Origin: Halobacteriovoraceae bacterium
GTDB lineage: Bacteria > Bdellovibrionota > Bacteriovoracia > Bacteriovoracales > Bacteriovoracaceae
DNA: 64,000 nt
Direction: 5' to 3'
NCBI GenBank assembly: GCA_963719505.1
Contig: CAVRCF010000003.1
Coordinates: forward strand, 96,001-160,000
How positions within the stretch are numbered: position 1 is the first letter of the stretch; each line of letters starts with the position of its first letter. A program made the position numbers and the translations under genes. The notes under the pieces were generated by a model. That model did no database searches. It saw only the letters and a list, made by a program, of their open reading frames with translations, and had not been told where the DNA came from. Positions 46,098 through 57,600 of this stretch are shown here, piece by piece.

Positions 46098-47225
46098 TTA
46101 TTTTTTTGATGTCCTCATGACCTGAAAAAGCTCCATGCCTTGTTGAATAGCACTTGAAGGACATTTATTAATAAGTATACCATCAAAATCGGAAATAATT
46201 GGGGTTGAGTATTTTGATGAATCAGTTCGGTCTAGGTTTTGTAGTTGGTAAATCGTGCCAAGAACCTCACCTTTTTTAAAAGGTTTTCCAAGTTCATGTT
46301 GGTAATCGATAAGCCCAGAGATGGGGCTATAGATCGTTATATAGTCGCTCAGGTGCTCTAGAATAAGAGCTTTTTTAGTGGCTTTGCCTGTTAGAACTTT
46401 TTTGTGTCTTAAATAATTTAAGACTTTTTCTTTTTGCTTTTTTGCCATCGTGATTGAAAAACCTTCCTCACTTTCAAGTTCCAAAGTAAAAGAGTGAAAG
46501 TCCATGTTTAAATGACGACCCTGTTTTTCGAATTCTTCTTCAAGATGAACCCAAGGCATGAAAGTGGCTTCATCCATAGCTCCTGCGAACTCGTGATCAA
46601 CTTCTAGAACATGCTTAAAGTGCAAAAAGCTTACTTCTTTAAGTGAGCGAGTTGCGCTGTATAGGTACTCTGTTGCGCTTGGTCCGGTGTGAAGATCCAG
46701 GACAATATCAGCTGTCGAAGCCAATTTTTGTAACATGAGATTGAGCTTATTATTATCGTGAAGCTGATTTTCTTTGGATAGTCTGGATTCAAGTTTTTTG
46801 ATCTCTTTTTCTAAGAGTCGTTGGTATTTCTCTCTAATAACTTGTTCGGGTTCATTAATATTTTTCTGACTAAACTTTTTTAAATCTACTTTTTGAGCTT
46901 TTATAATATCAATGAAATTTCTATTCCAATTATCACCTGTATTAGGATTGAACCTTCCAAATGTGTACTTACCCAGTTTATTATTTGTCGCATAGGGATT
47001 AGATAAAGGAACAAAGGTGATGGTTCCATTAAATGAAATATCCTTTAAATGTTCGATAAGAGCAAGTATGAGAGCATTCCCTTGAAGTTCTCCGCCATGT
47101 AAACTTGCTTGAATATAAACTTTGGGTCCAGGTTGCGTGCCTGTTAGTGTGTATTTATAAAGAGAGTACTGAGCACCACCAATGAGTTCTTTAATTGGGA
47201 TGATCTCTTTTTTTAGTTTATTCAT
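46098..47225 (-). CDS. Succinylglutamate desuccinylase/aspartoacylase (AstE/AspA) family protein
   Basis: ASLHGGE, NWNRNF, LDLHTG, TLELE, C-terminal biotinyl-like domain. Start at ATG 47225. Confidence 0.88.
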   Translation of the reverse strand: MNKLKKEIIPIKELIGGAQYSLYKYTLTGTQPGPKVYIQASLHGGELQGNALILALIEHLKDISFNGTITFVPLSNPYATNNKLGKYTFGRFNPNTGDNWNRNFIDIIKAQKVDLKKFSQKNINEPEQVIREKYQRLLEKEIKKLESRLSKENQLHDNNKLNLMLQKLASTADIVLDLHTGPSATEYLYSATRSLKEVSFLHFKHVLEVDHEFAGAMDEATFMPWVHLEEEFEKQGRHLNMDFHSFTLELESEEGFSITMAKKQKEKVLNYLRHKKVLTGKATKKALILEHLSDYITIYSPISGLIDYQHELGKPFKKGEVLGTIYQLQNLDRTDSSKYSTPIISDFDGILINKCPSSAIQQGMELFQVMRTSKK

Positions 47226-47226
47226 T

Positions 47227-48729
47227 CTATACCTGTGAGGGATGTTTTTTAGCTTCAATTTGTTTTATAAACCAGTCTACAATTGTGTCGTAGAGTTTAG
47301 TCTTTAAAATGAGGTCTTCAATTCCATCATCGATATTTGGATTATCATTTATCTCAACGACATAGACGTTTCCGTCTGCATCTTCTTTTAGATCTACGCC
47401 GTAGAGACCCTTTCCAATACTGTTGGCGGCCTTTATTGCTGTGTTCATAACTTTCTTTGGAACATCTGAAATTTCTAAAGTTTGAGAGTCGCCGCTAAAT
47501 TCATCATCACTTTGATCTTTTTTGTGATTGTAGATTTGCCAGTGATCATTACTCATAAAGTACTTACACGCATATAAGCCTTTTTGATCAAAAACTCCGA
47601 TCCTCCAGTCAAACTTTGTATAAACAAATTTTTGAATGAGAATAAGATCACTTTTTTTAAGCATTATTTCGAGAATTGAAATTAACTCCTGTCTATCTTC
47701 AGCTTTCTTTACACCAATGCTAAATGATCCGTCAGGTATCTTTACTACCATTGGATATCCAAACTCTTTTTCTAGTGAGTCGAGAGTCTCCTTCGTTGAA
47801 GACGAGACAAAGGAGCTTGGTATATTGGCCACACCAATTCTGTCCATAAGTTCAGCTACAAATACTTTGTTCGTGCACTTGAGCATGGAGTCGGCATCGT
47901 CGATAACAACGAGACCTTCAGATTCAGCTTTCTTCGCAAATCTATAGGTGTGATTGCTAATAGATGTTGTTTCACGAATAAAAAGAGCATCGAATTCATT
48001 AATTCTCGACAGATCCTTTTTCGTAATAAATTCACAATAGATAGATTTTGATTCACATGACTTTTTAAATTTCTCTAAAGCTTTTGGATTACTTGGAGAT
48101 AATTCTTCGTCTGGATCATGTAAAACGGCGATATCATAAATATACTGTTTATGCTCTTTTGGAAGACGCCAAATTCTATTGCTATATTTTTCCAGTGCCT
48201 TTCCAAAAAAATCTTCATCACCTTCTTTTAATTCGCCTAATGATGAAGGGATAATAGAATTGATCTTCCAAACTTTATCAAAGACGAGTCTTACTTCTAA
48301 AATGGGAACAGGGTAGTAGGTGTAAATGTCAGAAGCTAATTTTTTAAACTCAGAAATCTTTGATTGCCCAAAGTAGACTTTAAAGGCGATCATGACGACA
48401 TTATCTTTTATATTTTGATACTTTTTTAACATGTCCTCAGAAACGAGCTGGAGTTCATCAATATCACTGATGTAAATTCTTTTTTTACTCAAGTCATTTA
48501 TTGTTTTTAAGTTCGGAATAATCCTATGATTTCTAGCTTCGGCAAGAAGGGAACAATAGTAACCCGAAGAGAGGTACTTATATTTTTTAGAGAGATTAAT
48601 AATCCTTAGATTTTTTATCTCTTGGTATTTCTTGTTAAAAAGATAGTCTTTGGCCGTAACCAATGATTCCGTTGGGTAGTAGGGTTGCCAGTCTGAAATT
48701 TTATCGACTATTACAATAAAGTCATCCAC
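47227..48729 (-). CDS. RimK-family ATP-grasp ligase with N-terminal RLAN domain
   Basis: YLSSGYYCSLLAEARNH, DALFIRETT, KIPDGSFS, YGVDLK, EINDNPN. Confidence 0.9.
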   Translation of the reverse strand: MDDFIVIVDKISDWQPYYPTESLVTAKDYLFNKKYQEIKNLRIINLSKKYKYLSSGYYCSLLAEARNHRIIPNLKTINDLSKKRIYISDIDELQLVSEDMLKKYQNIKDNVVMIAFKVYFGQSKISEFKKLASDIYTYYPVPILEVRLVFDKVWKINSIIPSSLGELKEGDEDFFGKALEKYSNRIWRLPKEHKQYIYDIAVLHDPDEELSPSNPKALEKFKKSCESKSIYCEFITKKDLSRINEFDALFIRETTSISNHTYRFAKKAESEGLVVIDDADSMLKCTNKVFVAELMDRIGVANIPSSFVSSSTKETLDSLEKEFGYPMVVKIPDGSFSIGVKKAEDRQELISILEIMLKKSDLILIQKFVYTKFDWRIGVFDQKGLYACKYFMSNDHWQIYNHKKDQSDDEFSGDSQTLEISDVPKKVMNTAIKAANSIGKGLYGVDLKEDADGNVYVVEINDNPNIDDGIEDLILKTKLYDTIVDWFIKQIEAKKHPSQV

Positions 48730-48780
48730 ATTTAGTCCTTTTTCTAATACTATGAGTATATTAGCCTAAAGGAAGATTAA

Positions 48781-49896
48781 GTGAAGAAAAATATCAAATA
48801 TCGGTTAGCAAAGTTGGATGATGTTGCACAGTTAGTGGAACTTGAAAACTTGTGCTTTGACTATGATGCTTTGGGATCTAGAAATTTTAGGTATTTTATC
48901 AATAAAGGCCATGATGATCTCGTTGTGCAGCTCATTGAAAAAGAAATTGTCGGCTACGGGCTATTACTTTACAGAAAAGGTACCTCTCTTTGCCGTCTTT
49001 ACTCAATAGCCGTATCTCCTGAGCATACAGGCAAGTCTTTAGGTAAAGATCTAATGTTAAAGTTAGAAGACTATGCCCAAAAAAGAGACTCAAGTTATAT
49101 TAGACTTGAGGTTAAAAAATCAAATGCTCGGGCATTAAAGCTCTACGATAAAATTGGTTATAAAGAATTCTCGGTAAAGCACGAGTATTATGAGGATCAG
49201 GAAGATGCGATTTGCATGGAGAAAAAGGTCCAAAAAATCTCTAAAAAAGATGATACTTTAAGCGTACCTTTTTACAAACAGACCACAGAATTTACCTGTG
49301 GTCCGTCAAGCCTTATGATGGCGATGAAGTCAATTGACCCCAAAAAGAAGATCTCCCGGACCCAAGAAATTCAGATTTGGAGAGAGGCGACGACCATCTT
49401 TATGACCTCCGGACATGGGGGATGTGGCCCCCACGGTTTGGCACTGGCCGCACACAAAAGAGGTTTTGACGTTGAGCTTTATCTCAATACTAAAGACCTT
49501 CTCTTTGTCAGTGGAGTCCGGCAAAAACACAAAAAAGAGATTATAAAGATTGTTCAAGAACAGTTTGACCGTGAGATTAAGCATCATAAAATTCCTGTAA
49601 AATACGGAAAAATCAACTGGAGTGAGCTGACGCAAATTATTTCTAATGGAGGAGTCCCTCTGGTTTTAATAAGTTCCTATCGTTTGACTGAAACAAAGAC
49701 CCCCCACTGGATTGTCATTACGGGAATGAATGAAGACTTTGTCTTCTTTAATGACCCGGACCTTGGAGATGACGATGAGGCTTTTGACAATATTAATATA
49801 CCGGTTCGAAAAGACGAGTTTGAACTCATGGCTAAGTTTGGCTCTTCCCAAATTCAGTCTATGCTTATTTTAACCAATAAAAGAGAGATTGCTTAG
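48781..49896 (+). CDS. GNAT acetyltransferase / peptidase C39-like (DUF3335) fusion
   Basis: N-terminal RimI-like GNAT (LYSIAV, RLEV, LYDKIGY); C-terminal QTTEFTCGP, WREATTIFMTSGHGGC, PHW, NDP. Confidence 0.9.
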   Translation: MKKNIKYRLAKLDDVAQLVELENLCFDYDALGSRNFRYFINKGHDDLVVQLIEKEIVGYGLLLYRKGTSLCRLYSIAVSPEHTGKSLGKDLMLKLEDYAQKRDSSYIRLEVKKSNARALKLYDKIGYKEFSVKHEYYEDQEDAICMEKKVQKISKKDDTLSVPFYKQTTEFTCGPSSLMMAMKSIDPKKKISRTQEIQIWREATTIFMTSGHGGCGPHGLALAAHKRGFDVELYLNTKDLLFVSGVRQKHKKEIIKIVQEQFDREIKHHKIPVKYGKINWSELTQIISNGGVPLVLISSYRLTETKTPHWIVITGMNEDFVFFNDPDLGDDDEAFDNINIPVRKDEFELMAKFGSSQIQSMLILTNKREIA

Positions 49897-50009
49897 TCTC
49901 TCTCTTAGCAATATCCTCATACTCTTTCACATTTTTCTTGCTCAATTTAAAACTTAATATATTATCTGATTAAAGAGATCACTTCATATCCCTGGTCTCG
50001 AGAGAATAT

Positions 50010-50771
50010 ATGAAATGTCACGGCTATCTCCTTTGCGAGTCTATCGATATCGACCTTATCAAGAGTGAAGCAAAGTACAAGCAAGCGGCAGTCCTTACTT
50101 ATGGTGAGAGTATCTGCTTTATCTTTCCTTACGGAGCTTTAATTATTTGGGGAAGTGGAGATCTTTTTCACTTCGAATCCCAGGTTGAGAGTCTTATGAA
50201 GGGAAAGTTCTCGGCCGCTGAGAGGCTTGTCGATGAGTTCGAAGTTGCAACAACAGAACTTTTAAAACTCATCCATGAGGATACGATCTATCTCTCCCAA
50301 AATAGTATGGAGATTAAATTTTCCATCTCTCACGCCATTGCACAGTCATTGAGGCTCTCCCATATTGAGGATGATGTTCTTAAACTGATGAAGGTTAACC
50401 GACAGGTGCCGCTAGATCTGGCTCAAACGGGAAAAGTTAAAAAGTCCAAGAAGGAAATTTCTAAACTTCAAGGAGAGCTGTATTTGAAGAAAACGAAAAT
50501 GAGCTTTGAATACTCCATCCTTGATAAGCCAGAATTCTTTTGGGTCTACCCAGAATTCGATAGTTTCTATTCTAAAACGACTGAGTATCTCGAGCTTCAT
50601 CCAAGGATCGATATTCTTTCTAAAAAAATTCAAACAATTGATGAGATTCTCTCTATCTTGTCTAGTGAGCTTAACCACCGCCATTCAAGTAGGCTGGAGT
50701 GGATTATTATTATTTTAATTCTTATTGAGATCGTGATCTTCTTTTTGCAAGATGTTTTTAAATTAATCTAG
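50010..50771 (+). CDS. RMD1/DUF155 family protein
   Basis: FPYGALIIW, SHAIAQS, LDKPEFFW, RLEWIIIILI. Confidence 0.9.
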   Translation: MKCHGYLLCESIDIDLIKSEAKYKQAAVLTYGESICFIFPYGALIIWGSGDLFHFESQVESLMKGKFSAAERLVDEFEVATTELLKLIHEDTIYLSQNSMEIKFSISHAIAQSLRLSHIEDDVLKLMKVNRQVPLDLAQTGKVKKSKKEISKLQGELYLKKTKMSFEYSILDKPEFFWVYPEFDSFYSKTTEYLELHPRIDILSKKIQTIDEILSILSSELNHRHSSRLEWIIIILILIEIVIFFLQDVFKLI

Positions 50772-50867
50772 GGGAATAATCTTCTTTTCCCCCCTTGGGC
50801 TTTTCTCTTTGTTCCTGTAAGATACGACTGCGATCAATTTAAAAATAGTGAAGGTTTCCCAGCTTAG

Positions 50868-52547
50868 ATGAAAGCAAGAATTAAAGGCATATTATTTAGC
50901 ACAAATGTAAAGGTGACCTTTGCCTCTCTTGTCATAGGTATCGGCGGTGGGATTTTCTCTTATGCCCTCCATAATATCGTTCATGATCTGAGTTCACTCT
51001 TACAAACAAACCAAGCTTTTACCCTTTACACTCTTTTGGTATCTGGCTGTTTGGCAGCTTTGTCCTTATTCTTAAGCAAAACTATCTTTAAGGACACTCA
51101 AGGTTCTGGAATTCCACAAGTGAAGTTAGCACTGGTTGTTCATAAAGGAAGATTTCCAAAGAGAATGCCATTTGGGAAATTTATTGTCTCTTGTTTGACT
51201 TTGGTCTCTGGAATGACCTTTGGGAAAGAGGGACCACTTGTAACCATCAATGCTGCATGGGCTCATCTCGTGTCTCATGTCCTCAAGTTAAACCAACAAT
51301 TGACAAGGGTATTAGTCGCCTCCGGGGCAGCTGCGGGTCTCGCATCAGCATTTAATACACCGATCGCAGCCGTGATCTTTACCATTGAAGAGATTTTGGG
51401 AGAATTAAAGACAAAGTATTTGGGATTTGTCATTTTAACGGCCGTTATTGGATCTGTAACCGCTTTCAAACTTAATGGGAATATCTCAACATTTACTCCT
51501 GTTCACTATAAATTTAAAATTGAATGGCACCTCATTTTCTATTTTGCTCTTGGACTGATAATGGCGTTAAAGGGTGTCTACTTTATTCGTTTAATTATTT
51601 TCTTTAAAGACTTTAAAAAGAAGTATTTTAAAAATGAATACCTCTATATTTTCTTTGTGCTGACCTTGATTGCCCTTGCGAGTAATTTTACTGTTGAGGT
51701 TCTTGGGGATGGTGTCGATACCATTAATCGTCTACTACTAGGCTCGGAGATGTTAAATGCTAAAAGTTTGATTCTTCTTTTGATACTCAGGTTTTTCTTT
51801 TCAACGACTTCATACAGTACTGGCCTAAGTGGAGGTCTTTTTATGCCCGTGCTGCTTCTAGGGGCCCTAGGGGGAAATCTGATTGGACTTTTATTAGTTC
51901 AGTTAGGGGTGGAAGGAGTGCAAGTTGGAGCCTTTACTTTATTGGGAATGACATCTTTATTAGTTGCGGTCATTAGAACTCCTTTTACAGCCTTTGTTCT
52001 TTTATTTGAAATGACCTTGGATTATGAGCTGATTCTTCCTTTGATGGTATCCAGTATTTCGGCATTTTGGATTGCAAGTAAGCTTTCTCCAAGTTCTGTT
52101 TATGAGAAAGTATCTGCTTATGAAGGAGTCCATCTGCCTACAGCTGCTGACAGTGAAATCATGGATGAAATGAGTGTTGAAGAGTGTATGGTGACAAATG
52201 TTAAATCCTTAGATGGAAATAAAACAATAGAAGAAAACTATAAAGAGGTTGAAGACTTGGAGTATCAAGGCTTTCCTATTCTCATCAATGGAAGATACTT
52301 TGGTGTCATCAATATTTTTAATCTAAAAAAGGAATTTGAAGAAAACCCAAAACGGCTCACAAAAGAAGTTAAGCAGTTCTCTGTGGCTTACGTTTTCCCC
52401 GACCAAAGTTTATTAGTAGCGATGGATAAAATGAAAAAAGCTAATCTGGGAAGACTTCCAGTGGTTAACCGTTTCAACCAATCTCAGTTGGTTGGTATCA
52501 TTACTCCGGAAGATATCGTGAGCTATTTGGGTATTACTAAAGAGTGA
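50868..52547 (+). CDS. ClC family Cl-/H+ transporter with CBS pair
   Basis: GSGIP, GKEGP, FTIEE, GGLFMP; C-terminal CBS domains. Confidence 0.93.
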   Translation: MKARIKGILFSTNVKVTFASLVIGIGGGIFSYALHNIVHDLSSLLQTNQAFTLYTLLVSGCLAALSLFLSKTIFKDTQGSGIPQVKLALVVHKGRFPKRMPFGKFIVSCLTLVSGMTFGKEGPLVTINAAWAHLVSHVLKLNQQLTRVLVASGAAAGLASAFNTPIAAVIFTIEEILGELKTKYLGFVILTAVIGSVTAFKLNGNISTFTPVHYKFKIEWHLIFYFALGLIMALKGVYFIRLIIFFKDFKKKYFKNEYLYIFFVLTLIALASNFTVEVLGDGVDTINRLLLGSEMLNAKSLILLLILRFFFSTTSYSTGLSGGLFMPVLLLGALGGNLIGLLLVQLGVEGVQVGAFTLLGMTSLLVAVIRTPFTAFVLLFEMTLDYELILPLMVSSISAFWIASKLSPSSVYEKVSAYEGVHLPTAADSEIMDEMSVEECMVTNVKSLDGNKTIEENYKEVEDLEYQGFPILINGRYFGVINIFNLKKEFEENPKRLTKEVKQFSVAYVFPDQSLLVAMDKMKKANLGRLPVVNRFNQSQLVGIITPEDIVSYLGITKE

Positions 52548-52607
52548 CAGATGAGCGGCTTTTGAAAAACCTGTTGTATAATGAATAAATAAATGGCTTA
52601 ATATTAT

Positions 52608-53180
52608 ATGTCCTATCCACTATCGATTACTAAAGAAGAAATAAATCAATTACCTCCTTTCAAGTTTGAAGGAGAAATCCATTTAGTTGAGACTGAAAAA
52701 GATGCCTTAAATGCCGCTCAAAAGCTTCAACAAGAAAATGAGTTAGGCTTTGATACCGAAACAAGAGCTGCTTTTAAAAAAGGCGAAAGCTATGATATTT
52801 CGCTTCTTCAGTTGGCAACGGGCTCTGATGCCTATCTGTTTAGAATCAATAAATTTAAAGTCCCCCAAGAGATTGCCGATATTTTAGAAAACCCAAATAT
52901 TGTGAAAGCTGGGGTTGCTATTCGAGATGATATCAAAGGTTTGCAGAAGATCTTTTCATTTTCACAGGAAAACTTTATCGATTTAGCAGATATTGCAAAA
53001 GAGAAAAAATATAAAAACTTCGGCTTAAGAGCTCTCACGGCAATTTTCTTAAAAAAGAAGTTATCTAAAAAAGCAAAAATATCCAATTGGAATAGGGTGG
53101 ATTTGACTCCTGAACAAGTGAACTATGCAGCCTCAGATGCTGTTGTTGGGTATGAGATTTATCAGCGTCTTATGAAATAA
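52608..53180 (+). CDS. DEDDy 3'-5' exonuclease
   Basis: GFDTE, DDIKGL, SNW, YAASDA. Confidence 0.9.
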   Translation: MSYPLSITKEEINQLPPFKFEGEIHLVETEKDALNAAQKLQQENELGFDTETRAAFKKGESYDISLLQLATGSDAYLFRINKFKVPQEIADILENPNIVKAGVAIRDDIKGLQKIFSFSQENFIDLADIAKEKKYKNFGLRALTAIFLKKKLSKKAKISNWNRVDLTPEQVNYAASDAVVGYEIYQRLMK

Positions 53181-53194
53181 CTAACAAGCTTTTG

Positions 53195-54604
53195 TTAAAA
53201 GGCGGCTATGTTCTTAAGAAATTGAGCTTTAAGAATTAAGTAGTTTAACTTTGAGTTTACAAGCTGCCTTTTGGTATCCAAGAATAAATTTTGAGCATCA
53301 AGTTCTGCCAAGAAGTCAGTAACGCCCGAATCAAATCTTTTTTGACTTTTACTGTAGTAAGATTGGGCTTGAAGAGAAATTCTGTTTTGTATCTTTAAAA
53401 TCTCTTGGGCGTTTTTCAGAGCAGTTGCAGTATTTGAAGCCTCAATAAAAGCAGTCTCAATAGTCTTTTCATAATTAATAACACTCTTCTCCTTTCTGAC
53501 TTTAGCAAGCTCTAATTGTGCTGAAAGCTTTCCCCCGGTAAAGATTGGTAAATTTATTTGAGGATTAAAGCTCCAAGATCTAGAGTCCGGATCTATAAGA
53601 GTATTGATATCAGAAGAGAGATAGCCAATACTTCCCGTTAGAATAATAGATGGAAAAAATGCTGCTCTGGCGGCTCCTATATTGGCGTTAGATGCCAAAA
53701 GGTTCAATTCTGCGGCCATAATGTCTGGCCTTTTTAAAATCACATTGGAAGAGAGATTCGTTGCAAGCTTATTTGTGCTATTGATTAGTTTATCGAGAGA
53801 ATTATTAAAGAAATTCATTTTTATATTGGTTTGGCATAAAAAGTTGATCATGTTGAGCTGTTCTCTTTTTTCAGTGTCTAAATTTTTTAACTGAACTTTT
53901 AATTTATCGACCTCTATTTGTTCTCTATCAATGATCAGGCGAGAGATGACACCAGCTTTCAATCTTTTATTAAAAATCTTTATTCTGTCTTCGTAAATTC
54001 TAAGAATATCGTTAAAAATGGCTTCAGACTCCTTCAGGGAGATAATTTTGTAATAGGATAAGACGACTTTGTGAATCGTTGTGAGCCTTATGTACTGCTG
54101 GGTCTGGATTGTTGAGAGGAAAGTGTACTTCGCTTTATCTTTTAAGCTTCTCAGTTTTCCAAAAAAATCGAGCTCATAGGATGCAATCCCAATATTTAAG
54201 CTCGCTTGTTTTTGAGTAAATCCTTCTGTTGCTCCAGCAGCCTGAGGACCAAAACCACCTCCACCAACAAAGTTAGGTGGAAGAAACCTTTTTTGAGTAC
54301 CACCACTTAAGCCTACATTGGGAATGAGCTTAGCATATTCGATATCATAGGCTTTCTCTAACTCTTTAACACTAAGTTTACTAATCTTGAGATCAAAATT
54401 TTTCTTAAGAGCTTTGTTGATAAGAAAGCGTAAATCTTTTTGTGGGAAAACTTTTGCCCAATTTGTCTTCATAAACTCTTTTTGTGTTTCATTCGAGTAC
54501 ATGAGAAGTTTGGGAGGAATATCTATTTTCGGTTTTTCATAATCAGGAGCGAGTGTACAACCAGTTAAGAGAAACATGAGAAATATCATTGTAATTTGTC
54601 TCAT
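53195..54604 (-). CDS. RND efflux outer membrane factor lipoprotein (OprM/NodT-like)
   Basis: LTGCTLAPDY, YELDFFG, RPDIMAAE, IGAARAAFFP. Confidence 0.93.
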   Translation of the reverse strand: MRQITMIFLMFLLTGCTLAPDYEKPKIDIPPKLLMYSNETQKEFMKTNWAKVFPQKDLRFLINKALKKNFDLKISKLSVKELEKAYDIEYAKLIPNVGLSGGTQKRFLPPNFVGGGGFGPQAAGATEGFTQKQASLNIGIASYELDFFGKLRSLKDKAKYTFLSTIQTQQYIRLTTIHKVVLSYYKIISLKESEAIFNDILRIYEDRIKIFNKRLKAGVISRLIIDREQIEVDKLKVQLKNLDTEKREQLNMINFLCQTNIKMNFFNNSLDKLINSTNKLATNLSSNVILKRPDIMAAELNLLASNANIGAARAAFFPSIILTGSIGYLSSDINTLIDPDSRSWSFNPQINLPIFTGGKLSAQLELAKVRKEKSVINYEKTIETAFIEASNTATALKNAQEILKIQNRISLQAQSYYSKSQKRFDSGVTDFLAELDAQNLFLDTKRQLVNSKLNYLILKAQFLKNIAAF

Positions 54605-57600
54605 TTCTTTCTCCTAAGTTTCATAATTGCGATGAAAAAAAGTGGTGAAAAATAAATAACGAGAAATGTTATCGCAATTATCCCACCGACAAGACCTGCT
54701 CCAATTGAGTTTTGGGCTCCACTCCCAGGACCGCTGGAGAAGACGAGAGGAATAATTCCAAGAAAGAATGTAAGGGAGGTCATGAGAATTGGTCTAAACC
54801 TTTCTTTACAGGCCTTAACAACGGCATCTTTTAGATCCTCTCCATCATCTACAAGTGATCTTGCAAACTCTACAATCAGGATGGCATTCTTCGCTGTAAG
54901 GGCCAAGGTAAGGAGTATCCCGACTTTAAAATAGACGTCATTTGCCTCGCCGGCGAGCCAAGTGGATAAACTTGCTCCAAGAATACCCAAAGGAAGCACA
55001 AGGAGAATTGAGAAGGGAATAGTCCAACTTTCATAAAGGGCGGCAAGACTTAAAAAGATCGCTACAATGGCCAAAGAGTAGAGGATGACCACCTGACTAC
55101 CAGAGGCTTTCTCTTCAAAAGATAAGCCGGTCCATTCAATATCGAAGCCTCGAGGAAGCTTCTCTTTTAATTTCATTATTTTATTCATGATGGTATCGGT
55201 CGTTACACCAGGTGAAGCTTGTCCTTGAATCTCAATTGATGAGTTTCCATTGAACCTTTGCAACTGGGGCGCACCATAGCTCCAGGCACCACTGGTAACA
55301 TCACCCAGTGAAATCATTTTTCCCTGGGTGTTCCTGACGTACCAAAGTGAGACATCATCTGGCTTCATTCTATATTCTTTATCTCCTTGTATAAAAACTC
55401 TTTTAACTCTTCCATCTTCTATGAAGTCATTAACATAGCTTCCCCCCCATGCAGAACTGAGAGTTGTGTTAAGCTCTGCGATTGGTATTTTATAGGCTAA
55501 AGCTCTTCTCTCATCTAAATTTAATTTGTATTGCGGGTTACTGGGAAGAGCATTTGCTCTGGCACTTGCGAACTGATTATCTTTACTCGTTAAGCCTAAA
55601 AATTGATTTTTTGCATCGACTAACTTGTCGTAACCCAACCCGGCTGAATCAACCAATTGAAACTTAAATCCATTCGCGTTTCCCAACTGGGATATTGGTG
55701 GTGGGACGAGAACAAAAACTCTAGCATCTTCAATTTTGGCAAATTCTTTATTGGCTCTTTTGGCGATACTAAAAACTGAATTTACGTCATCGCTCCTTTT
55801 ATCGTAGTCTTTGAAATTAACGAACCCTATAGCCGTATTTTGCCCTTGCCCACTAAAGCTAAATCCAATGACGGTAAAGATATCTTTAATTGCGTCTTTA
55901 GAGTCTTCCAAAAAAAACTTTTCCACCTTTTTTATTACAGGAAGCATTCTGTTAAAGGTTGCATTTTGAGGACCTTGAACTAATGTGAAAACACGTCCTT
56001 GATCTTCGTCAGGTAAAAAGGTTCCTGGTATTTTGTAAAAGAGAAAGCCAGTAACCAAGAGAAGGCCTACAAAGAGAACAAAAGAAGTCTTCGTTTTTGA
56101 TAGGAATGAATTGAGGCTTGATTCATACTTATTTTGAGTCTTATCGAAAAACAAATTAAATTTTCTAAAAAAGAAATTCTCTTGAGTTCCTTTTTTAACC
56201 AGAGATCGGCATAAAGAGGGAGCTAAGGTTAATGCTATAAAGAGAGACAGGGTCATCGCAGCTAAAATTGTGATCGAGAAGTTTTTATAAATGACGCCAG
56301 AGGATCCAGAGAAAAAGAGCATAGGTGTAAAAACGGCCCAAACCACCATCGTGGTACCAATCAATGCTCCAGACAATTGTTTCATTGTCTCTTTCGCCGC
56401 TTTTTCAGGTTCTATGTCCTTGTTATTTTCAAGACGAGACTTAAAGTTTTCAGTTACAACAATTACGTCATCAACCAGCATCCCGATCGATAGGACACAG
56501 GCAAATAAGGTTAGAACATTTATAGAGAATCCACTTGCGAGCATGATGGCAAAAGTTCCAAGTAAGACAACTGGTATTGAAATAACAGGGATAAGGGTGG
56601 CGGTGAAACTTTGTAAAAATAGGTACATCACTAAAACAACGAGAATCATCGCAATAGCTAAAGTCTGAATAACACCAGCAATAGAAGTCTTGATAAAGGG
56701 GGAGGCATCTACTGGGAAGCTCACCTCAACACCTGGTGGAAAACTAGGCTCAAGCTTTTTTAGTTCTTTCTTGACAAGCTCAATAGTATCGAGAGCATTG
56801 GCTCCAGCGGAGAGATACATCCCAAAACCTGCTGCATTTTTTCCCTTGTACCGTTTTACGGTATTGTAACTTTCCGATCCAATTTCTACTCTTGCAATAT
56901 CCTTAAGCAGAAGTCTTGAGCCATCAGGAAGAACTTTTAGAAAAATATTTTGAAAGTCCTCTACTTTTGTGTAGAGCCCTTTGGCGATTATCGTCGCGTT
57001 CAATTGTTGTGCATCTATTGAGGGTGCGCCACCGATTTGCCCTGAAGAGAGCTGCTTGTTTTGATTTCCAATTTGTGCAAAAACATCACTTGCAGTGATT
57101 TGATAGAAGTTCATTTTTTTAGGATTGAGCCATATTCTCATGGCATTTTGTGGTCCAAAAACTTGCACTCTACCGACACCACGAATTCGCTCAATAGGCT
57201 CTGAAATTCTAGTTGTGATGAAGTCTGATATCTCTTGTTGGGAAACTTTTCCATCCGAAGAGTAGAAGGATGTGACGAGTTGAAAATTTCCTATTGATTT
57301 GTTGACCTTAATTCCCAATTGTTGAACTTGAGAAGGAAGTGATGGAACAGCTTCGGAGAGTTTATTTTGAACCTGTATCTGCGCGATGTCTGGTTCGGTA
57401 CCAATTTCAAATGTAAGCGTGATGGATGCCGTTCCGTTGGAGTTACTTCGTGAACTAAAGTAGCGTAGGTTTTGTAAACCAGTCATTTTTTGTTCTATGA
57501 CTTGAGTCACTGTTTTTTCTAATGTTTCTGCTGAGGCACCGGGGTAGACGGTGTTGATAACAACTTCAGGGGGAGCGACCTGTGGATACTGCTGAATAGG

